Shown: positions 43,106 to 53,047, numbered from the stretch's first letter. The stretch is DNA of 64,000 nt from an uncultured delta proteobacterium (GCA_963842925.1 CAWJIL010000009.1:6244-70243), one strand, 5' to 3'. The notes: generated by a model not told the origin, from the letters alone. A program made the numbers and translations.

Positions 43106-45178
43106 ATGAGCGAAGCAATAAACGAACTGAGAAATATCGCCTTTTTGGCTCATGGCGGCGCCGGGAAAACATCTCTGGCAGAGGCTATCCTGTTCAAAGC
43201 CGGTGTCACCAATCGTATAGGCAGGGTTGAAGACGGTACCACCGTCATGGATTTTGAACCTGAAGAGCTCAAGAGGACTACCAGCATCAACAGCGGCTTC
43301 TGCCAATATACCTGGAAAAAACATACTGTCAATCTCATCGACACACCCGGCGACCAGAATTTTTTCAGCGACACCAAACTCTCCATGCAGGCTGCGGATG
43401 CAGGCGTTCTTCTGGTGGATGCCGTCGACGGTGTCAAGGTACAAACCGAGCAGGCATGGGATTTTGCTACCGAACTCAATCTGCCTTGCATTATTTTTAT
43501 CAACAAGCTTGACAGAGAACGGGCTGATTTTTCCCGCACGCTGCAGGATATTTCTGACTGTCTTGACCTGAAGCCGATTACACTTCACCTACCCATTGGA
43601 AAAGAAGAAGATTTCAAGGGTATTGTGGATCTTGTCAGCATGCAGTCCTACATCTATGACGAAGATGGAAAAGTCACCAGGGGTGACATTCCAAGCGATA
43701 TGCAGGACCAGGTGGATTCTGAAAAAGAAAAGCTGATCGAGGATGTTGCCGAGGCGGACGATGAACTCATCGAGCGGTATCTGGAGGGGGAAACACTCAG
43801 CGATGAAGATATTAAAACTGCTTTAAAAAAAGGCGTCATTTCCAGGGAATTTGTGCCGGTTCTGTGCGGGGCTGCCGTTAAAAATATCGGCGTCGATATC
43901 TTCATGGACACCATCAACAGTGTCATGCCTTCTCCAGCCGATAGTAACGCCAGAACAGGCGTTGACCCCAAAGATGACAGCGTCATCGAACGCTCTGTAA
44001 ACCCGGATGAACCCTTTTCAGCAATTGTCGTTAAAACCATCGCCGACCCCTATGCCGGGAGACTGTCTATTTTCAAGGTCATATCAGGTACCTTGGGATC
44101 AGAAGGAAATTTTTATAATTCCAACAAAGAAGTCAAAGAGCGCTACAACCAGTTGCTCACTATTTTCGGTAAAGAGCAGAAACCAGCCACTGGGGCTGTT
44201 CCCGGTTCCATTGTTGCCGTTGCAAAGCTGAAAGAGACCATCACGGGCGACACCTTGTGTGATGAAAGCAACAAAATACGCTATACCTGTGCAGAACCCC
44301 TGCCCACGCTCATTTCTTTTGCGCTCCAACCCAAATCCAAAGGGGATGAAGATAAGATTTTCAGCTCCATTTCCAAGCTGCTTGAAGAAGATCCAGCCCT
44401 GCAACTCGATCGAAATCTGGAAACCCATCAGATTCTTCTGTCAGGCGCCGGTCAGGTTCATATTGAAGCCACCATCGAAAAACTAAAAAGAAAATATAAT
44501 GTGGAAGTAAATTTGAGCACGCCTAAGGTGCCCTATAAAGAGACCATCAAGAAAAAGGTACGGGCACAGGGCAAACACAAAAAACAGTCCGGTGGCCATG
44601 GTCAATATGGCGACTGCTGGATCGATATGGAACCGTTGTCCAGTGGTTCGGGTTTTGAATTCGTGGACGGCGTGGTGGGCGGTGTTATTCCCAGACAGTA
44701 CATTCCGGCCGTAGAAAAAGGGATCATCGAAGCATCAAAAAAAGGCGTCCTGGCCGGTTTCCCCTGCGTTGATTTTAAAGTGACCCTGAATGACGGTTCC
44801 TTTCATGCCGTGGATTCTTCTGAGATGGCGTTTAAAATAGCCGGATCACTGGCCTACAAAAAAGCAGCCGAAAGTGCGAACCCCATCCTGCTGGAACCCA
44901 TTATGAAAGTAACCATCACCACTCCTGACGAGTACATGGGCGATATCATGGGTGATCTGAATGGGCGACGCGGTAGAGTGCTGGGTATGGACAGCGCCGG
45001 TAAAAACCAGGTTATCAACGCTAACGTGCCCATGTCCGAATTTCTCACCTACGCCCCAGACCTCAGATCCATGACCGGTGGCCGCGGCATCTATACCATG
45101 GAGTTTTCACACTACGATGAAGTCCCGGCCCAACTGGTGGATAAGGTTATCGAGACGGTTGCTGCCCAACAAGAATAA
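43106..45178 (+). CDS. elongation factor G paralogue
   Basis: Full EF-G five-domain length. G1 AHGGAGKTS (atypical), DTPG and NKLD. Confidence 0.85.
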   Translation: MSEAINELRNIAFLAHGGAGKTSLAEAILFKAGVTNRIGRVEDGTTVMDFEPEELKRTTSINSGFCQYTWKKHTVNLIDTPGDQNFFSDTKLSMQAADAGVLLVDAVDGVKVQTEQAWDFATELNLPCIIFINKLDRERADFSRTLQDISDCLDLKPITLHLPIGKEEDFKGIVDLVSMQSYIYDEDGKVTRGDIPSDMQDQVDSEKEKLIEDVAEADDELIERYLEGETLSDEDIKTALKKGVISREFVPVLCGAAVKNIGVDIFMDTINSVMPSPADSNARTGVDPKDDSVIERSVNPDEPFSAIVVKTIADPYAGRLSIFKVISGTLGSEGNFYNSNKEVKERYNQLLTIFGKEQKPATGAVPGSIVAVAKLKETITGDTLCDESNKIRYTCAEPLPTLISFALQPKSKGDEDKIFSSISKLLEEDPALQLDRNLETHQILLSGAGQVHIEATIEKLKRKYNVEVNLSTPKVPYKETIKKKVRAQGKHKKQSGGHGQYGDCWIDMEPLSSGSGFEFVDGVVGGVIPRQYIPAVEKGIIEASKKGVLAGFPCVDFKVTLNDGSFHAVDSSEMAFKIAGSLAYKKAAESANPILLEPIMKVTITTPDEYMGDIMGDLNGRRGRVLGMDSAGKNQVINANVPMSEFLTYAPDLRSMTGGRGIYTMEFSHYDEVPAQLVDKVIETVAAQQE

Positions 45179-45215
45179 ATTCACCTTGTGAATTTATTTG
45201 ACGCGACCTTGTCGC
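45173..45215 (+). repeat. twin-hairpin (TH) copy embedding the EF-G stop codon
   Basis: gaataaattcac-cttg-tgaattt followed by gcgac-ctt-gtcgc. Confidence 0.75.
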
Positions 45216-45230
45216 TTCTAAAACAAAAAA

Positions 45231-45269
45231 AAGGTGCCATGGAAGTTATTTCCATGGCGCCTTTTTTTT
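45231..45269. terminator. strong bidirectional intrinsic terminator
   Basis: A8 - aggtgccatggaa-gtta-tttccatggcgcct - T8. Confidence 0.8.
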
Positions 45270-45384
45270 GTGGTGCTTTTCAAAACCACTGCCCACGGGA
45301 AACGCGAAAGTTGAGCTTTAAGCCATAAGCTTTAAGCTTGCTTAGAGCTCACAGCTTATAGCTATTTTCCATGAAAGGAACCCA

Positions 45385-45471
45385 TATGCCAAAACTAACA
45401 TTTGAAAAACCCATTCAGCAATTGGAAGAGATCGTCCAGGAACTCGAATCAGGTGATCTGCCCAATGATTG
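45385..45471 (+). pseudogene. duplicated 5' fragment of xseB (28-codon ORF)
   Basis: 45385-45463 differs from 38660-38738 at 3 of 79 positions (manual alignment), then diverges to a stop. Confidence 0.85.
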
Positions 45472-45589
45472 AAGCACCTCGCATCGACCGTAAGGAATTC
45501 TGCCTAATTTAGATACGCTCGGCTATCCACGCAGCAAGCCATGGGGAATGCACTCGCTGTTGCGGTTCAAAAATAGTGCCTGAACGGGT

Positions 45590-45722
45590 ATCTCCGAGGT
45601 CTTGTTTTGATCATTCGAATTTGGATCATTCAGTATTGTTTAGGATTTCGAATTTCGTGCTTCGGATTTAACTAACTACCGCCATCGACATAGGCAAATC
45701 TCTCTGACCTGGCCCAATAGAA
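45590..45722 (+). repeat. RepA partial copy
   Basis: ctccgaggtcttgttttgatcattcgaatttggatcattcagtattgtttaggatttcgaatttcgtgcttcggattt ... ctctgacctggcccaatag. Confidence 0.85.
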
Positions 45723-45724
45723 TC

Positions 45725-46360
45725 TCAGTCTTCTTTAACGGTAAAAACCCCCTGTGGAAAACACTTTTTACAGGGTGCATAGCCCTCCCAGAAAGCTTCC
45801 CACAGACTGGAAAATAAAATTCTGTTGGACTTTTTCGTTTGTGCCCCAAATGAACATGCCTTTTGATGAAATCGCCTGGAGCGCTTATTGGCGATGAGCT
45901 TCAGCGCCTGTGCATCCCATCCATACCACATACCCTGCTGTCTTTGCATGGCAAGACGCTGTGCTTTTAAGAACACATCCTGAAAACGAAGGTTGGGTGC
46001 TTTGAACAAGCAATACGCCCATCCCTGCTCAAGCATCATTTGATTGATAAAAATATTCTTGTGTGTATAGACATACGCAAGCTCCCTGCCATGGCGGTCT
46101 GTTCTCTCTTGACCATATACCAGGTATATTTCCCGGTTCTTAACAAGACGTGCGTTATAGTTTTTTGCTTCAATGCCGTAGGGCTCTGTGGGCTCATTTC
46201 CATGTTGCATTTCCGGTGCATTGATCCCGATATACCGCACAAACCGCTTGTTATCCAAAAGGATGGTATCCCCGTCCACCACACGCTTCACATGTTGCCT
46301 ATCCATGGCCAGGATGTGCGCCGGAGAAAAAAGAATTATCAAGAAGATCAGATAGGTCAT
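45725..46360 (-). CDS. secreted thermonuclease (SNase-like) fused to an Ada-type Zn-binding motif
   Basis: VVDGDTILL...VRYIGINAPE SNase motifs. C-terminal FHQKACSF...NRILFSS..EAFWEGYAPCKKCFP. Confidence 0.7.
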   Translation of the reverse strand: MTYLIFLIILFSPAHILAMDRQHVKRVVDGDTILLDNKRFVRYIGINAPEMQHGNEPTEPYGIEAKNYNARLVKNREIYLVYGQERTDRHGRELAYVYTHKNIFINQMMLEQGWAYCLFKAPNLRFQDVFLKAQRLAMQRQQGMWYGWDAQALKLIANKRSRRFHQKACSFGAQTKKSNRILFSSLWEAFWEGYAPCKKCFPQGVFTVKED

Positions 46361-46454
46361 GGCGCAAGATAACGATGTTCGATGTTCAAGTTTTTTTCAG
46401 TATTCTCTTCATCGGACGCAACACCCTGATATTCTATTGATTACCTTAAAAACA

Positions 46455-46492
46455 ACGGTGTCGCGTCAAAAATAAAACGTTTCACGATTTTA
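46455..46492 (-). repeat. TH-type hairpin embedding the stop codon of the SPL-like gene
   Basis: The coding strand reads ctaaaatcgTGAaacgttttat....gacgcgac. Confidence 0.55.
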
Positions 46493-47579
46493 GTCCACAG
46501 TGCCTCACCGCACTTTCATCCAGAATGGCGGACAGCCCCCCCCGGTCCGATGGCAGATATCCCATGACCTGTTCCCAGACATCATCGTCTTCCATACAAA
46601 AATAGACCGTCAAATCCGGTGCAAATTTACGAATAGCCGAAACCATGTGTTGATATATTCGGATACGAAGGGGTTTGAAATATCGCATCTTGTTGTCTAG
46701 GCCCGGAATAAACTCTCCGTAAACAATCGATGATTCCGGAAAACGCTGCTCTATGATCGGCTTCAACTGTGGCATGAAACGGAATGTGCCGATACTTATC
46801 CAGACAATATTCTGCGGGGACACATGGGCAAATATCTGTTTGATGACGTCTTCGTAGTCGTCTTCGCACCCATCATAAATGACCACCGGATCGAAATGAA
46901 ACCCCACTGGATAACCCCAGGATTCACATGCCTGGGCAGCCCGGAGTCGCGATTCTATCTTTGCAGTACCCCGTTCCTCTGTTTTTGAAACAACATGCGT
47001 GTTGAGTGACCAGGAAAGAATCGTTTTTCGATGGTGGTCCAGTGATGCAAACGGTGCGATGGAAACGGTTTTGGTCTTCAACTCAAGCACCGATCGCGAT
47101 TGGGATGCAAACCGTTCCACAAGTCGGGTGTTTAAATCAGAGCATTTCCCCCAGATGAGACTGTCGGTAAATTCACCCGTACCGATCCGGGATCCTTCCT
47201 CAAGAGACAAATGACGATCCAGTTCGGCGAACAAATCATCATGATTCACAAAAAACTGGCATATGGGTGGATGAAAATAGCTCTGCAGAATACAGTACGA
47301 ACAATCCATGGTGCAGAAGGAACCGATGTGAAGGATCTTATATCCGCAGCAGGTGTAGGAACGCGTGCCCGGGCATTCTTTGATGAATTTACCCTTGTTA
47401 CGGGTCAGCAAGAGGGCCTCTTTACCGCTTTGAATCGGGTCTTTTGTGCTGGAGACCTGTTCAAACAGTTTTTGGGTTTCCTCCACCACGCTGAAAGGAA
47501 GGTCAAGACGCGATACAATCTGTTTCGTCACCGGGAAATCAACGACATCTTTATGAATCAGGAGCTTTGAAATGCTCAT
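46482..47579 (-). CDS. spore-photoproduct-lyase-like radical SAM DNA repair protein (SplB family)
   Basis: CxxxCxxC motif FCTMDCSYCILQ. The Met at 47579 is preferred; the track start at 47615 is a TTG. Confidence 0.7.
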   Translation of the reverse strand: MSISKLLIHKDVVDFPVTKQIVSRLDLPFSVVEETQKLFEQVSSTKDPIQSGKEALLLTRNKGKFIKECPGTRSYTCCGYKILHIGSFCTMDCSYCILQSYFHPPICQFFVNHDDLFAELDRHLSLEEGSRIGTGEFTDSLIWGKCSDLNTRLVERFASQSRSVLELKTKTVSIAPFASLDHHRKTILSWSLNTHVVSKTEERGTAKIESRLRAAQACESWGYPVGFHFDPVVIYDGCEDDYEDVIKQIFAHVSPQNIVWISIGTFRFMPQLKPIIEQRFPESSIVYGEFIPGLDNKMRYFKPLRIRIYQHMVSAIRKFAPDLTVYFCMEDDDVWEQVMGYLPSDRGGLSAILDESAVRHCGLKS

Positions 47580-47606
47580 TTTGAACACACACTTTCTGGT
47601 TTTTTC

Positions 47607-47870
47607 TTGACACAACTTAGATCAATCTCTTACCATAACAGGGTCATGGCACAGAATAATAATAAAAACAAACAATTGATCAGCCTGTTTTTTCTGGGGC
47701 TTCTCTTGCTGAATTATCCGATACTCTCCCTGTTCAATGTAAAAACGTCCGTCCTGGGAATCCCCCTGCTCTGCCTGTACATTTTTTTGATCTGGTCTGC
47801 CCTGATCCTTCTCATCGGTATCACCACACGTCGACCCAGGGGATCCCTGCAAGAACCAGATAAGAACTGA
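47607..47870 (+). CDS. small two-helix membrane protein
   Basis: Two hydrophobic helices. Lies upstream of the SSS-kinase. The start may be the Met at 47646. Confidence 0.4.
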   Translation: MTQLRSISYHNRVMAQNNNKNKQLISLFFLGLLLLNYPILSLFNVKTSVLGIPLLCLYIFLIWSALILLIGITTRRPRGSLQEPDKN

Positions 47871-47966
47871 GCGCGTTTTGCCTGCAATTGGAAATCATGG
47901 CGTATTGGAGTGCCAAAACATCGCGTACACGCTATTCCATCAGTTTGAGAAATACAACTGTAGAAT

Positions 47967-50678
47967 TTGCAAGACATTATGTTAGCAACAAAAACCATTC
48001 TATTCTTTTCCTTTGCCTATATCGGCCTGCTTTTTGCCATCGCGTATTATGGTGACAAAAGAGCTGACGCCGGTAAAAGCATAATCAGCAACCCCTATAT
48101 CTATGCACTTTCTCTGGCGGTCTACTGCACGGCCTGGACCTTCTACGGCAGCGTTGGCCGCGCTGTGGCTTCCGGGCCTAATTTTCTCACCATTTATCTT
48201 GGACCAACGCTGATGATCGCCTTGAGCTGGTTTATTCTGCGAAAAATAATCCGCATCAGCAAGACCTATCACATCACTTCCATTGCCGACTTTATTGCCT
48301 CCCGATACGGAAAGAGCACGACATTGGGAGGATTGGTCTCAGTGATCGCCGTCATCGGCGTTGTTCCCTATATCTCCATTCAGCTCAAAGCCATATCAAA
48401 AAGTTTTTTGATACTGACCAGCCAACCCACCAGCGTGGCTAAAATACCGGTGTTTACCGATACGGCTTTCTACGTGGCTGTAATCCTGGCCGTGTTTTCA
48501 ATTCTCTTTGGTACACGTCATTTGGACGCCACGGAAAGACATGAGGGGCTGGTGGCAGCCATTGCATTTGAATCCGTCATGAAACTGGCAGCGTTTATTG
48601 CTGTGGGAATTTTTGTTACCTTTGGTATTTTTAACGGTTTTGGCGATCTTTTTCAACAAGCCGCCGCCCTCCCGAACGCGGATAACCTTTTCAGGATAAG
48701 CAAGGAACCCGGTGCTTATGCCAATTGGGGATTCCAGATATTCGTGTCCATGATGGCCATTCTGTTCCTGCCCCGCCAGTTTCAAGTGGCCGTAGTCGAA
48801 AATGTCAACGAAGAACACCTGAACAAGGCCATGTGGCTATTTCCCCTCTATCTGATCGCCATCAATATCTTTGTCCTGCCTGTGGCGGTGGGCGGTCTTA
48901 TCCATTTTCCGGGAAATTTAATCGATCCCGACACCTATGTCCTGTCACTGCCCATGTCTCAGGAAGAACCCGTTTTGACCTTACTGGTGTATCTGGGGGG
49001 TATGTCAGCAGCAACCGGGATGGTCATTGTAGAGACCATCGCCCTGTCGACCATGATCTGCAACGAACTGGTCATGCCGATTCTGCTGCGTTTCCAGCCA
49101 TCGAAGTTGACGGAAAGAAGTGATTTGAGCGGTCTGTTGCTGGGTATTCGCAGGGGCAGTATAACCATGGTACTGCTCCTGGGCTATATTTACGTTCGCC
49201 TGACAGGTGAATTTTATCCTTTGGTTTCCATCGGTCTTTTATCATTTGTTGCCGTGACCCAGTTTGCACCCAGCATACTGGGTGGCATATTCTGGAAAGG
49301 TGCAACCCGTTCGGGTGCCTTGTGGGGCTTGACTGTGGGTTTCGGTATCTGGGTATATACGCTTTTTCTGCCCTACCTGATCCATGGTGGCATGCTGCCG
49401 GAAACCTTCATTACCAGCGGACCTTTTGGTATTGAATGGCTCAGACCCTACCAATTATTTGGTTTGGAGGGGCTCAGCGAAAAATCCCACTCTGTTTTCT
49501 GGAGTATGCTGTTCAATATCGGTCTCTACGTGGGCATCTCTGTCTTAAAACGGCCCACGGCCCTGGAGCACACGCAAGCAGCGCTATTTGTGGACATATT
49601 CAAACACTCCGGTGAAAAAGAGCGCGCCTTCAGATGGCGGGGAAAAGCATCGCTGCCAGGCCTGAAATCCATTCTGAGTCGCTTTCTTGGGGAAGAAAAA
49701 AGCAACAGCGTTTTATCCTCCTACGCCCAGAATAACCGGATCAACTGGGATAAAGACATCATTGAAGATGCCGGTTTGATAGCACATATCGAAAAATTAC
49801 TGGCCGGTGCCATTGGATCAGCATCGGCACGCGTTATCATGGACACCGTCGTCAAGGAGGAGCCGCCCAGCATCGATGAGGTCATGGACATGCTGGATGA
49901 AACCCGTCATGCCATCGCTCACAGCCAAGAGCTGGAAAAAGCCACCACAGAGTTGAAACGGGTCAATGAACGCCTCACCGAGCTGGACAAGCTCAAAGAT
50001 GATTTTATTTCTACGGTCACGCATGAACTCAAAACCCCTCTCACGTCCGTCCGTTCCCTGACAGAAATTCTGCATGACAATCCAGCGCTGAATCTGGATC
50101 AACGCAACAACTTTCTCAGTATTATCGTCAAGGAAACCGAGCGTTTATCCCGTCTTATAAATCAGGTCCTTGATTTCCAAAAAATAGAAGCGGGTATTGC
50201 CAATTATGAATTCACGCACATCGACATCAATACAATTATTTCGGATGCTTTGGCAGCCTCGGACCAATTAATTAAAGACAAGCGTATTCATCTGGCCCAT
50301 GATATTAGGGTTTCCAAGAAAACGATCAGGGGAGATCGGGATCAACTCATGCAGGTCATGATGAACCTCATCTCCAACGCCATCAAATTCTGTGATCAGA
50401 AAAATGGTGAGATCAAAATTAAACTGTCCACAGAAAAAAAATTTTTAAGGGTGGATGTTGCGGATAACGGTATGGGTATCCACAAGAAGGATCAGACGAT
50501 TATTTTTGAAAAATTTCGCCAGGCCAAAACCGCATCTAAAGGCAGGCCTGCCGGAACCGGCCTTGGATTGGCCATCACCAAACAGATCGTCGAACTTCAT
50601 CATGGCCGTATCCGGGTCAAGAGTAAACCCGGAAAAGGCACTGTTTTTTCTTTTACCCTGCCAATATCACAAGATTGA
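47967..50678 (+). CDS. sodium:solute-symporter-domain-fused sensor histidine kinase (CrbS/CbrA-like)
   Basis: ~520-aa multi-pass SSS-like N-terminal domain, then H-box STVTHELKTPLTS, N-box NLISNAIKF, DNGMGI and GTGLGLAI. No receiver domain. Confidence 0.85.
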   Translation: MQDIMLATKTILFFSFAYIGLLFAIAYYGDKRADAGKSIISNPYIYALSLAVYCTAWTFYGSVGRAVASGPNFLTIYLGPTLMIALSWFILRKIIRISKTYHITSIADFIASRYGKSTTLGGLVSVIAVIGVVPYISIQLKAISKSFLILTSQPTSVAKIPVFTDTAFYVAVILAVFSILFGTRHLDATERHEGLVAAIAFESVMKLAAFIAVGIFVTFGIFNGFGDLFQQAAALPNADNLFRISKEPGAYANWGFQIFVSMMAILFLPRQFQVAVVENVNEEHLNKAMWLFPLYLIAINIFVLPVAVGGLIHFPGNLIDPDTYVLSLPMSQEEPVLTLLVYLGGMSAATGMVIVETIALSTMICNELVMPILLRFQPSKLTERSDLSGLLLGIRRGSITMVLLLGYIYVRLTGEFYPLVSIGLLSFVAVTQFAPSILGGIFWKGATRSGALWGLTVGFGIWVYTLFLPYLIHGGMLPETFITSGPFGIEWLRPYQLFGLEGLSEKSHSVFWSMLFNIGLYVGISVLKRPTALEHTQAALFVDIFKHSGEKERAFRWRGKASLPGLKSILSRFLGEEKSNSVLSSYAQNNRINWDKDIIEDAGLIAHIEKLLAGAIGSASARVIMDTVVKEEPPSIDEVMDMLDETRHAIAHSQELEKATTELKRVNERLTELDKLKDDFISTVTHELKTPLTSVRSLTEILHDNPALNLDQRNNFLSIIVKETERLSRLINQVLDFQKIEAGIANYEFTHIDINTIISDALAASDQLIKDKRIHLAHDIRVSKKTIRGDRDQLMQVMMNLISNAIKFCDQKNGEIKIKLSTEKKFLRVDVADNGMGIHKKDQTIIFEKFRQAKTASKGRPAGTGLGLAITKQIVELHHGRIRVKSKPGKGTVFSFTLPISQD

Positions 50679-50699
50679 AAAGAACAGCATTAATATGGG

Positions 50700-50795
50700 C
50701 CAGAGAATTCAGAAGACAGAAGTCAGGAGACAGAAGAACTTGGATGTCGCTTCGCGCCTACAATTTTACCTTCTTTTTGACTGAGCCGAAGGATT
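50700..50795 (+). repeat. RepB short form
   Basis: cagaagN words - ggatgtcgcttcgcgcc - tacaattttaccttctttttgactgagccgaagg. Confidence 0.8.
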
Positions 50796-50796
50796 C

Positions 50797-52995
50797 CTAA
50801 AATTTCAATCGGGCATAATAGGTCTTTTCCGAGGCTTCCCTGGCCTCACCCAATGTCCGAATCCCCATATCCGCTAGCAGCGAGACAAGTTTGAGAAAAA
50901 TTGTAGCCGTCATAAGGGCATCCCCCATGGCGGTATGGCGACCGACCACGTTGACGCCCAATCGGCCGGCAATGGCGGACAAGGCATGCTCATCATGGGC
51001 AGAGTTCGCCACTGCGGATAGCAACAAGGTATCCAAAACAGGTTGGATAAATTTTACACCCGTTCGGCTCTCACACATCTGTAGCATGCGCATATCAAAG
51101 GCTGCATTATGAGCGACCAATATGGTCTCTTCCGAAAATTTAAAAAAATTCGGCAGAACCACATCGATGGTGGGTTGGTTTTTCACCATATCATTGTCGA
51201 TCCCATGAAAATGGGTCGAAGATGCTGGTATACTTCGTTGGGGATTTATCAATTGATCGAATGATTCTTCAGTTAGAATGCGTCCATTAATAATTCGGAA
51301 TGCGCCGATGGAGATTATTTCGTCACCGCTGGAAGGATCCAGACCCGTGGTTTCTGTATCAAAAACAGTATAGGCAAGCTCGTTTAACAAGCGCGAGTCC
51401 AAGTTGGGGCTTTGACCGGGTTGATTGAATAAATCAAAGGCATAGAACTCGGGCCGACTTTCAGGTAGTACCGAGGCACGACGTATGGCTTTCTGTTCTT
51501 GGGGTCTAAATAGGGGTACATGCATGCGCAGGAAAGAACGCTTTTCACCATGATGCTCACGATAGGCCCATATTTCAATCCCATGATGTTCTAGAATTTC
51601 CTTGGGATGCAAGGGCATACGCTCATCTAAAAAAGCAAGCTGCATGTTTTCCCACTGTCGTATTTTCTCAATACTTATGGGTTTACCTGCCCACATAATA
51701 TCCACAAAAGAGAATTCGTTCTCAAGTGAGTATTCACACCGATAGTGGGTAACTTCGGTCTCTTCGCGAATCCGTTGTAGAAAAAACAAAAGGACCATCA
51801 TAATGGCATAGGTATCTACCTTAATCCACGACTCCGCCGAATCAGATTTAAAGCTTAAATCTATACCCAGTTTTGCGGCTGCCCTTTTTTGCAGCGCCAC
51901 CAACAGGTCACTGATGGCGATGGGCATTGTGGGCCAGTGCTTGTGCGGATGTTTGAATGTTTGGTTACCCTCCCGCTGAATTAACTTCTCCAGTGATTGA
52001 GACTCCGTATAAATGATCTCCAGCAACTGTTGCTGTTGTGAACTGCTTACATTGGGGTATTCATGTATTACCTCAATAGCTGATTTGACGCTGGCAACCG
52101 AGTGCCGGACTTTTTGCTGAAAAGATTGCAACAAAAATCCAGATAGCGCTTCACCGCGTAATTCCTGGGTGATTTCATTAAAGATGATAACAAAACCGGT
52201 GAACTCACGTTGGGGGCTCAATATGGGCGATGCCTCCGCTCGCAGCAAGCGATTGGCCAAATCAGTGATTACAAAGTTGGAACTTACACTTTCTTCATTG
52301 TTTTCAAGTCGCTTATGGATTTCCGCCAGGGCATACTGAATTATGTTCTCCTCAACAAAGTCTGAGATGGGCCGACCGATGCCAATGTGACCTTTACCGG
52401 ACTTTGTCGCTTCTACTGAATCCGTTTTACCTGTTGAGGCGGAGGCGCGCCCGATGGTAGCCTTTTCACTGAAAAACCGTTTGGCCTGGGAATTGTAAAG
52501 AATGATTCGACTATCCTTGTTGCAAATCAATACCGCGTCCGGCAGTTCTGCCATGATGGCAGCTAAAATATTCTTTTCCTCCTCCAACTCTGCCTTGGCC
52601 ACCTGGACACGCTTAAAAACGCTCTTCTCAAGGGTTTCATATTTTTCTGCGGCTGAATTAAGCTGTTGAATAAGAGGCCCCATTCCAAAAGCAATGTCCA
52701 TCTGAATACGATGATTTGGATTGGCAGTGTAAATCAGTGCGATTTCTTCCGATACTTTGGATAGCGGGATAACCAGTTTAAAAAATATGTGTGCCAGAAA
52801 AAAACCAAGCAACGCGATTACAGCCAGGCAAAAAACCAAGACCACGGGGAGATATGCCCAAAGACCCTCCTGGTTGGCGAAATTACTTTGATTCGCGGAT
52901 TGATGCCAGAAAAGCATCACCCATGCAAGCCCGAGCAAGGCTGCTACACTGAGGGATATGCACAGGGCCCACCAGATTTTGTTTTTATTTTTCAT
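50797..52995 (-). CDS. membrane-anchored sensor-like protein with a C-terminal DEDDh (DnaQ/epsilon-like) 3'-5' exonuclease domain
   Basis: Two N-terminal TM helices and a long helical/PAS-like middle. ExoI FDTETTGL, ExoII VAHNAAFDMRML, ExoIII HTAMGDAL. Confidence 0.8.
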   Translation of the reverse strand: MKNKNKIWWALCISLSVAALLGLAWVMLFWHQSANQSNFANQEGLWAYLPVVLVFCLAVIALLGFFLAHIFFKLVIPLSKVSEEIALIYTANPNHRIQMDIAFGMGPLIQQLNSAAEKYETLEKSVFKRVQVAKAELEEEKNILAAIMAELPDAVLICNKDSRIILYNSQAKRFFSEKATIGRASASTGKTDSVEATKSGKGHIGIGRPISDFVEENIIQYALAEIHKRLENNEESVSSNFVITDLANRLLRAEASPILSPQREFTGFVIIFNEITQELRGEALSGFLLQSFQQKVRHSVASVKSAIEVIHEYPNVSSSQQQQLLEIIYTESQSLEKLIQREGNQTFKHPHKHWPTMPIAISDLLVALQKRAAAKLGIDLSFKSDSAESWIKVDTYAIMMVLLFFLQRIREETEVTHYRCEYSLENEFSFVDIMWAGKPISIEKIRQWENMQLAFLDERMPLHPKEILEHHGIEIWAYREHHGEKRSFLRMHVPLFRPQEQKAIRRASVLPESRPEFYAFDLFNQPGQSPNLDSRLLNELAYTVFDTETTGLDPSSGDEIISIGAFRIINGRILTEESFDQLINPQRSIPASSTHFHGIDNDMVKNQPTIDVVLPNFFKFSEETILVAHNAAFDMRMLQMCESRTGVKFIQPVLDTLLLSAVANSAHDEHALSAIAGRLGVNVVGRHTAMGDALMTATIFLKLVSLLADMGIRTLGEAREASEKTYYARLKF

Positions 52996-53047
52996 TTTTG
53001 ATTTGCTTCCACTCGGGTTTGAAGACGATGAAAATTTTATAGGCCAT
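52985..53047 (-). pseudogene. internally deleted relic of a CheY-like receiver gene
   Basis: Encodes MAYKIFIV-FKPEWKQIK, compared with MTRKILIV...LKPEWKHIK in the receiver at 55575-55943. The nucleotide match continues upstream. Confidence 0.7.
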
